Shown piece by piece: positions 55,106 through 64,000 of a stretch of 64,000 bases of DNA (its first letter is position 1; every line of letters starts with the position of its first letter). The position numbers and the translations under genes were made by a program. The stretch spans positions 37,510,001 through 37,574,000 of the forward strand of contig OZ024743.1 in assembly GCA_964016885.1 (NCBI GenBank). Reading direction: 5' to 3'. The DNA comes from Eledone cirrhosa. Taxonomy: Eukaryota. The notes beneath the pieces were generated by a model. That model saw nothing but the letters and a program-made list of their open reading frames with translations. It searched no databases and was not told the origin of the DNA.

Positions 55106-55439
55106 TATCTAAAGAAAACTGTACAGATTAGAAACTTAGAAAAAATGGTTAATGCTTCGAGAGGATTTCTTTTCTGGAAATCATTGTCTTATTTACTTAT
55201 TTCCTATCCATAAAATGTTCGTTCTTTGTTTGGTTTCAAAATGTTTGCTGATGTATATATGTACAATTCTAAACCTAGCCTGTTACAGAAATATCTATAT
55301 TCATTTCTTTTCTCTTCTGCTACTTTCTGTTTCAGGGGACCAGTTAAAGAAAAAGAACCATTAATCACGATTACTTCTTTTAATATTCGATACATTTGGG
55401 TACTTGATAACTTCGCATTCTTCCCGTTAATTACAAATA

Positions 55440-55628
55440 TAATTGTTTCTACTTTTGACACACGGCCAGCAATTACCCAGTGCATTACTAGTACTTTATT
55501 TTATCGACCCCGTAAGGATGAAAGGCAAAGTTAACCTTGGCGGGATTTGAACTCAGATCATAAAGGGACGTAACTCTGTGCTGTAAAGCATAGCGTCCGA
55601 CCCTCTATCGATACTGCCAATCCAACGC
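55440..55628 (-). mobile_element. tRNA-derived SINE copy
   Basis: Reverse complement of the consensus. Confidence 0.85.
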
Positions 55629-55829
55629 CCATATTAGTATTAGTTAATTACAAATATAATGAAACTCTTTGGTAGATAAAAGTGCAATAGCAACTAGGTC
55701 AAACTGAATGCTTTGCTGCGTGTAATCAGCTTACAATTTATATGCAAAAATAAACATTTTCACTTTACACTTCAGAAATCGCTTAAGTTTCAATCTCAAA
55801 TCGCTCCGGAAGCAATGGAGTGCCATATT

Positions 55830-55921
<92 letters not shown>

Positions 55922-56002
55922 ACAGACACACACACACATATATATGTGTGTGCGTGTGTGTGTGTGTATATATATATTTAAAAAATATATATATAAATAT
56001 AT

Positions 56003-56320
56003 ATAAAGAAAATAAGAAACTAACAAACAAAAGGAGTCATTAATGTAAAGTCGTATTAGGTTCAGGGTTAACAGGAAAATAGTGATATATAAACCTACGA
56101 GAATCTCGTTATCAAAGAAAATATATTTTTCTAATTTTTTACATTGTGAACATGTCATAAAAATCACAGTACTGTAGAGAATGTAAGCGAGCTGTTTCGT
56201 TAATCTCTCATCAGTGTCATTAACTCAACCGGTACTGAAATTTTGCATATTGAGTATATTTTGGAGATTCTGATTTGCAAATAGTGTTGACCTGGCGAAT
56301 TAGTACTACTGCCTGCCAAT
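56003..56320 (-). mobile_element. Pseudo-LTR-like unit with an HHR-like motif (56183-56236)
   Basis: Minus strand reads ccggttga-gttaat-gacaCTGATGAgag-attaac-GAAA-cagc. The 3' end resembles 62322-62410. Confidence 0.5.
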
Positions 56321-56345
56321 TTATATACACACACACACACACACA

Positions 56346-56521
<176 letters not shown>

Positions 56522-56681
56522 GATAAATATACACGGGTGTGTATGATAGTGTATAGAAGATTATATTAATAAAAGGAATTCCAACTTTGTCTGATTTACT
56601 CGTTTTATTTACAATCCTTTAAAATTTATAATGGTATTAGAATGAAATAGTATGGTAGAATATTAAATGTTAAGTGTTAAT

Positions 56682-56720
56682 TGAACAAGTACTTTCATGC
56701 TTTCGCAATCTTCAGGTTCA
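56682..56720 (-). ncRNA. Minimal type I hammerhead ribozyme, intact core
   Basis: tgaac-CTGAAGA-t-TGC-gaaa-GCA-t-GAAA-GTAC-TT-gttca. Confidence 0.8.
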
Positions 56721-56793
56721 TAATGTGTGGTGACAGTCAAGTTTGCAATTTTCAACTGTGGAAAATTGCAAACTTGACTGTCACCACACATTA

Positions 56794-56832
56794 TGAACCT
56801 GAAGATTGCGAAAGCATGAAAATACTTGTTCA
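56794..56832 (+). ncRNA. Minimal hammerhead ribozyme, second arm (stem III GTAC>ATAC)
   Basis: tgaac-CTGAAGA-ttgcgaaagcat-GAAA-ATAC-TT-gttca. Confidence 0.7.
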
Positions 56833-58180
56833 ATTAACACTTAACATTTAACATTCTACCATACTTTTTCATTATAATACCATTATAAATTTTAAAGGAT
56901 TGTAAATAAAACTAGTAAATCAGACAAAGTTGGAATTCCTTTTATTAATATATATATATACGGGATAACAAATTATTGTTATAGGCAGTCCACTTAGATG
57001 TAATCCAGTTAGGGTACTCCGAGTAGTGGATAGTATTAACGCTTGGCTAAGTTTGACTCAAGAAGACGTTTCCATAGTGATGCTGCGAGTACGCGGTGAT
57101 TTCTATGTAGTTTCTATGTAGTTTACACTTGGAGTAATAATAAATCAAGAAAGAAGAGTGTCATGGTTTGCTATACAATAAGGGCTTTATTCACGTTGCT
57201 GACAATTGTTTATCTGAACTGGTAGGTCTAGAGATCGCTACCCGCCTGTTTTTGCGTCAATCTATCACCAATACTTTGTTATAACCAGTCAATTCATCAG
57301 AGCATGCGAGAATGAAGGGAATACATCAATCTAAGTAAGACAGAGAGTATACTGATAACTTTAGCATGTAAAACGAGCTGATACGAAACATATGTATTAA
57401 ATTGACATGTAAAAGCTGTCCTGGGGTGTATTATATATAGTGTGGAGATAAAATGGGGCTTGAAACAATGGACCATTTACTTTTCTGTAGGTTTGCTGAC
57501 CGTAAGAATTATTTATTATCTGAGTACATTACTTGACATTATTTGACTACTACCACAGTCCTTGAAATATCACCTTCCTCCTGCTGTTATAATGAACACC
57601 CCAACGTATCCGTAATTGTAGTCATCATGTTCTCTCTATATATACCTTGCTTCCTTAACCTCTGTATTAACTTACCTACTATATTACTGTTCCATGCATG
57701 ATTTGTTATTGATGCTGTGAAAGCTAAACAACCGCATGATTCGAACTAACAATCCCTTCATCTAATATAGACCACTTAAATAATGAATCCGCTTTACACC
57801 ACATACAGATTACCATCCTCACTACAAAGAAAATATTTTATCTGTCAAATAATAAATAATTCTTGCGGTCAGCAAACCTACAGAAAAGTAAATGCTCCAT
57901 TGTTTCAAGCCCCAGGTTATCCCCACACTATATATAATACACTCCATGACAGCTTTTGCATGTCAATTTCATACATCTGCTTCGTATCAGCTCGTTTTAC
58001 ATGCTAAAGTCATCAGTATACTCTATGTCTTACTTAGATTGATGTTGTGATTATTTTAACTATTTATAGTCTACAAATTTATGCGAGTATTGTTATTATT
58101 GTTAGTATTGTTATTATTGTTCTGATTTAATGCCACTACTATATATAGAAGCCATGCCTGTGTATTCCATTCATTCTCGC

Positions 58181-58290
58181 ATGCTCTGATGAATTGACTG
58201 GTTATAACAAAGTATTGGTGATCGATTGACGCAAAAACAGGCGGGTAGCGATTTCTAGACCTACCAGTTCAGAGAAACAATTGTCAGCAA
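58181..58290 (+). ncRNA. Type I hammerhead ribozyme, intact core, about 80-nt stem II domain
   Basis: tgct-CTGATGA-attgactggt...accagttcaga-GAAA-CAATTG-TC-agca. Sister copies at 57196-57304 (-) and 61940-62030 (+) each have one core mutation. Confidence 0.8.
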
Positions 58291-58573
58291 TGTGAATATG
58301 TGAATAAAGCCCTTATTGTATAGCAAACCATGTCACTCTTCTTTCTTGATTTATTATTACTCCAAGTGTAAACTACATAGAAATCACCGCGTACTCGCAG
58401 CATCACTATGGAAACGACTTGTTGAGTCAAACTTAGCCAAGCGTTAATACTATCCACTACTCGGAGTACCCTAACTGAACTACATCTAAGTGAACTACCT
58501 ATAACAATAATTTGTTATCCCGTATACATAGCTCCCACCTGGTTGAGCAACATCATTTACGCACGGCAACAAC

Positions 58574-60993
58574 ATGGAAAATCACCGCATAGGAATGTCA
58601 CTGAAAAACATACATATACCTACAAATAAGGACTATACACTAGGCATGATACAACGGACTAATTATTTCATCCGTAGGGTCCGATGGAAGGCTTACCACT
58701 TCGACAAAAGACCAGCTATTAACACAAGAGAATTTTCTAAGGAGAATTACGGATTCAAATCCTGCAAAAACCCTCCAAACAACCCCACTCTCGATGCCTT
58801 GGAGCTGGACCCTATGAATATGATAAGTGGAACTAAATTAAAAAAAAGAACACACCACAACAAATTACAAAATGACATCAATACACTACTAAGAAAACTA
58901 AAAGACACCAACGGTATCATAGTAAAGGCAGACAAAACATCAAACGTATATTCTATGGACCTTAACATACAATAATTTCATTCAGCGTGAACTACACAAA
59001 AAATACAAAAAAAAAAAAACGAATCCACACTCACCAGCATTAACAAGGAGGGTCTTAGGATAATAAATAAACTCGGAATATCCGATAGAACCGAGCCTCT
59101 AACCCCATGCAACCCCATATTTAACCTTAAGGATCACAAAAATAATTCTGAAGTAAATCCTACTATCAGATTAATATGCCCATCTAAGTAGGATATAGGT
59201 AAAATTAGCAAGAATATTCTAGATAGGGTAATCGCACAAATAAAGGGAAAACTAGAATTCAATTTATGGGGTAACACTAACAAGGCGATTGAATGGTTCA
59301 GTAAAATAGGAAATAGAGAAGCATGTAACTTCATACAATTCAATATAAACGATTACTACGCGTCCATATCCCCAGCCACCCTAGATAAAGCGCTTATATT
59401 TGCCCCAAAGAACTCCGATCTTACCCCTGATGAAATTGAAATAATACTAGCGGCTAGAAGGACTATCATAAAATTTGAAAATAGCTATTGGGTAAGAAAA
59501 GAGAGGATAAACAGCTTCGATATCACAATGGGATCGAACGATTCAGCACGAATCACTGACGTCGTGCGGTTATTTATAGCTCATAACCTACATAAAGAAT
59601 TCAGTAACCTCCAAGGAGGGATTTATAGAGATGATACGCTCCTTATAGCTAGGAACTTAAATAGCTAGAGCATAGAAAGATTAAGAAAAAACATTAGAAC
59701 ATTCTTAAAAAAACTAGACCTAAGCATTGCCTACGAACTGAATCATAAAAAGGCAAACTTTCTAGATGTAACTCTAAATCTAAATACGGAATTAATAGAA
59801 CCCTTCCACACAAATAATGAGAATCTGGCCTACATTAGTTATAATTCAAACCACTCCCGATCCATAATCAGATCCATAGCACGTAGTATATCCCTTAGAA
59901 TATCTCGCTTATCCTCAAACCTAGAAATTTTGAATGAGCATGATAACTATTATAAGGCGGCGTTACATAGGGCCGGACACAAAGAGCAGCTGCAATTTAT
60001 AACGGATAAGGACAACTCAAACAAACCCACTAACACTGACACCAACCGCTCACACAAAAATAGAGGTAACAGGACTAGACATAGAGGTAGACAAATAGCA
60101 TCTAGTGTAGGTGGTCCAAACACGAATAATGTAAACCCTAGAAACTGTAGAAGAATTAAAGAAAGAAAATACCAGTGGTTTAATCCAATCTTCAACTCCT
60201 CTGTAAAAATTAGACTGCCTTCTCCGTTTTTTAAACTAATAGATAAATACTTCCCTATATCACATAGATATCATAAAATCCTCAATAGAAAAACTATAAA
60301 ACTCTCATACTTTAAGGCTGCAAATATAGAATCCTACATACACAAGATCAACCGCAGAAATACCTCTAGGGAAACCACCCCACCAATGCGCAACATAGCA
60401 CCAAATTCTAAACATAAACATATCACAGTTTCACAACCGTAAACGCATACGGGCGCGCCGCAGCAAAACCTCAACGGGCACGAATCACAACCCACTTATA
60501 GCAGTGTACAAAACAGTGGTGTGGAAGCTGCACGGAATAACACCTCAAACTGCAATTGTCACCTACCAGATAGGTGCCCATTGGTGAACAGGTGCCTTGA
60601 TTCGAGCCTAGTGTACATGTGTACGGTGAACTCGGGCAACTCCACTTGGCATTACATTGGATCCACCGCGGGTACTTTTAAAAAAAGATGGTATGTGCAC
60701 AGAAATTCGATGAAGAACCGTGCACTAATAGGTTCTACAACCCTCGCCAAAATAATCTGGCAACTTACAATATAAACTGGTCGAGGTTGTCGACCGCAAG
60801 GGCATATAGTACCGGTATGTCCTATTGTAGGTTCTGCGACCTTGAATTACTGTATATCCTTAGGAACGATAAAAGGCTACTCAACAACAAGATAGAAAGG
60901 TCAATTTTCTGCAGACACAGGATTCGAACCAACATAATTAAGCATTCAACATATGAAATCCGCCCTCTCACACAGACCACCACAGAACTATAA
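58574..60993 (+). pseudogene. PLE polyprotein: N-terminal domain, reverse transcriptase, GIY-YIG endonuclease (stops and frameshifts)
   Basis: SLKNIHIP, RRVRWKA, KADKT, LKDHK, FIQFNINDYYASI, FDITMGS, GIYRDD (YRDD at 59624-59635), NFLDVTL, WFNPIF, CNCHLPDRCPL, VYMCTV..YIGST..FKKRWYVH, CRFCDLE and CRH. In-frame TAG at 59189 and 59666. Confidence 0.92.
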
Positions 60994-61197
60994 TATTCTT
61001 TAAGCAGCTTCTAGCCTCCTTAATTCTATACCACAGTAATGTCTGCAAATATCTTATCAACCGATAAATATATCTCTTCTCGGCTGCTGTCAACACAACC
61101 TCCTCACTCTTGATTCTCAACAGATGAACTTAATTCCAAGTACATTATTTGACTACTACCACAGTCCTTGAAATATCACCTTCCTCCTGTTGTTATA

Positions 61198-61383
61198 ATT
61201 GTTTCTACGTTAGGCACAAGGCCAGCAATTACCCAGTGTATTACTGGCACTTTATTTTATCGACCCCGTAAGGATGAAAGGCAAAGTTAACCTCGGCGGG
61301 ATTTGAACTCAGAATAGCAAGGGCCGTAACTCTATGCGTCAAAGCATGGCGTCCGACCCTCTACCGATACTGCCAATCCACCG
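61198..61383 (-). mobile_element. SINE inserted in the PLE 3' pseudo-LTR
   Basis: Absent from the homologous site in the 5' pLTR (57586 gttataa|tgaacacc). Confidence 0.9.
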
Positions 61384-62102
61384 TGAACACCCCAATGTAT
61401 CCGTAATTGTAGTCATCATGTTCTCTCTATATATACCTTGCTTCCTTAACCTCTGTATTAACTTACCTACTATATTGCTGTTATTGTTGTCTTATCCAAG
61501 CATGATTTGTTATTGATGCTGTGAAAGCTAAACAACTGTATGATTCGAACTAACAATCCCTTCATCTAATATAGACCACTTAAATAATGAATCCGCTTTA
61601 CACCACATACAGATTACCATCCTCACTACAATGAAAATATTTATCTGTCAAATAATAAATAATTCCTGCGGTCAGCAAACCTACAGAAAAGTAAATGCTC
61701 CATTGTTTCAAGCCCCAGGTTATCCCCACACTATATATAATACACCCCATGACAGCTTTTGCATGTCAATTTAATACATCTGCTTCGTATAAGCTCGTTT
61801 TACATGCTAAAGTCCTCAGTATACTCTATGTCTTACTTAGATTGATGTTGTGATTATTTTAACTATTTATGGTCTAGCTAATTTATGCGAGTATTGTTAG
61901 TATTGTTAGTATTGCCTGTGTATTCCCTTCATTCTCGCATGCTCTGGTGAATTGACTGGTTATAGATTGACGCAAAAACAGGCGGGTAGCGATCTCTAGA
62001 CCTACCAGTTCAGAGAAACAATTGTCAGCAATATTAATAAAGCCCTTATTGTATAGCAAACCATGTCAGTCTTTTTTATTGATTTATATACATATATATA
62101 AT

Positions 62103-62148
62103 CAGGAACCCCTGATGATTTCTCCCGAATGAAAGAGTTCTAGTCCTG
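62103..62148 (+). ncRNA. Minimal hammerhead ribozyme in a about 150-bp unit (62100-62250) between (TA)n tracts
   Basis: caggaaccc-CTGATGA-t-ttc-tccc-gaa-t-GAAA-GAGTTC-TA-gtcctg. Confidence 0.65.
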
Positions 62149-62247
62149 TAGAAGCCTTTTCTATATTAGATGTTTATACCTTTTATAATCTGCTTTGTAT
62201 TGAGTACCCTACTTACTGTGGTTATCCCCGATTGAACCTGGGATAAA

Positions 62248-62287
<40 letters not shown>

Positions 62288-62425
62288 GTAAGGGGTGTAT
62301 GTGAGTGTGTGTGCGTGTGTGTATAAAGAAAATAAGAAACGAACAAAGAAGTGGATACTTTAATAAAAAATCGTATTAATTTCACGCTTATCAGAAGCAG
62401 AGTGATACACGCCCCCCCACACACC

Positions 62426-62598
<173 letters not shown>

Positions 62599-62719
62599 GT
62601 ATGTTTGTGTGTGTGTGTATCAGTGTGTGTCCGTGTGTCTATTTGTATTTGCAACCATTATATACTTCATGAGTTCATGGAATTTAGTTTTCATATTTTG
62701 TATATTGTGAGTGAATATA

Positions 62720-62798
62720 GAGGTTGTCCCCCCAAATATATACATATATTTATTAGAATGCTATTGAAGTGTGTATACATTTTTTTGGGGAAGGCCTG
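62720..62798. mobile_element. Tc1/mariner-type MITE, same family as 14348-14422
   Basis: TA|gaggttgtcccccaaatatatacat...attagaat.ct.ttgaag.gtgtatacattttttggggaaggcctg|TA. Confidence 0.65.
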
Positions 62799-62923
62799 TA
62801 TATATGATGTATTATATAATATATACATATATATATATGTATATATATTTATATATATATATATATATATACATACATATATATATATATATTCATATAT
62901 ATACACACACACAGAGACCCCCC

Positions 62924-62968
<45 letters not shown>

Positions 62969-64000
62969 CATATATATTTATATACATATAATTAGCTAAC
63001 CGTCATAAATATGTAATCAATTTACGGTAAAATGTTTTCTCCATATAATAAACTCAGTCCAGGAGCGAGGATATCTCTTTCATTCTGTATATATTCTTCT
63101 CTCTTTCTCAATCTCACTTTTACTATCTTTCTCTCGTATACATACTTCCTTCCATCTTTCCTTGTTTCCTTTCCTGTCGAAACGAATACACGACCCGGTT
63201 TTGATTTCCACTTCAGAAGCAGCACCATTAAACTTAACGTCGGATTGATCACAGGAAAAATAATTGTTCATTTAAAATCTTACTTGATATCGATAGCTGA
63301 TTGTCTCGACATGGCATGTACTGGTTGTAATGATGACTACTTAACCCAACATTCGGTAAAGTAAATAAATATTGCAAACAGTCACACATACACTGATTTC
63401 AACAACCGGTTTTTAAACGCACCGCAAGTTATACATAAATACATACGCGCATACATACATACTTACATACATACAAACATACAATCAGACAGACAGACAT
63501 TCATAAATATATACATAAATACATACATTGTTCAACCGCGCTTGCATACAGCCATTCATACATGTATACATATATTCTTGCATAAATACACATATGCATT
63601 CAAAAAGACCTATTTATAAAAGAAAACGTTTGTATGGTTCTTGACACATGATTTCATGGAGGACAGACAAGCATGTATCAACACACAAATATACACACAC
63701 AGAGTAAATGTACATATATACTAATACATGTATATATAGCATCACACGTTACTCAAACATATATGTATCTCAATGTATATGAATGCCATTCAAATATCAA
63801 TAGTATTCCAGAATGTATACACATACCCAACTATCTATCACTTTCTCCCCCCTCTCTCCGTATATATATATATATACATAAATAAATATATATATATACA
63901 CAAACACACAGACTCGCATGTATATCAAATACACATGTGCGTGCCTTGGTGTGTGGGCGCAGGCATGCTTTCTCTCGCGTGTATAGGCTTCGATCTACGT

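Larger units (their letters stand above)
56562..56952. mobile_element. Near-perfect 192-bp-arm palindrome carrying a hammerhead in each arm
   Basis: Arms at 56562-56753 and 56761-56952 with a 7-nt loop and only a few mismatches. Confidence 0.92.
56956..62086 (+). mobile_element. Near-full-length Penelope-like element (Nematis-like): inverted pLTR, 5' pLTR, ORF, 3' pLTR
   Basis: 56956-57519 is the reverse complement of 57849-58527 (with a deletion). 57523-58355 is repeated at 61139-62086. An RT+GIY-YIG frame lies between them, with (TA)n at both ends. Confidence 0.92.

Noticed and set aside
58574-60993. In-frame stops as selenocysteine recoding (as in some Naiad PLEs)
   Set aside because: The stops are TAG/TAA rather than TGA, frameshifts are also present, and the endonuclease is C-terminal, unlike Naiads.
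63190-63225. Minus-strand ctgaagtggaaatcaaaaccgggtc HHR-like motif
   Set aside because: Both core boxes are mutated and there is no stem I pairing.

Overview
This is AT-rich eukaryotic DNA dense in (TA)n/(CA)n/(GA)n microsatellites. The SINE sequence and repeat landscape resemble an octopus/cephalopod genome (inference, not verified). I could not support any host protein-coding gene, and nearly all ORF-track entries are microsatellite read-throughs. The window is a transposon graveyard dominated by Penelope-like retroelements (PLEs): one near-full-length RT+GIY-YIG copy with direct and inverted pseudo-LTRs (56956-62086), three 5'-truncated copies, and one internally deleted copy with an open 363-aa frame. 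Reading the non-coding DNA by eye gave about 20 type-I hammerhead ribozyme (HHR) motifs from at least ten unrelated sequence families. Several have intact cores and several carry 80-110-nt structured inserts in stem II. They sit in PLE pseudo-LTRs and in short non-coding or fold-back units embedded in (TA)n tracts. Also present: a non-autonomous LTR element, a non-autonomous Helitron-like element, a decayed Tc1/mariner transposase, two MITEs, LINE 3' fragments (RTE, CR1/L2, CRE, R4-like) and more than 15 copies of one tRNA-derived SINE. All alignments and folds were done by eye, so boundaries are approximate.
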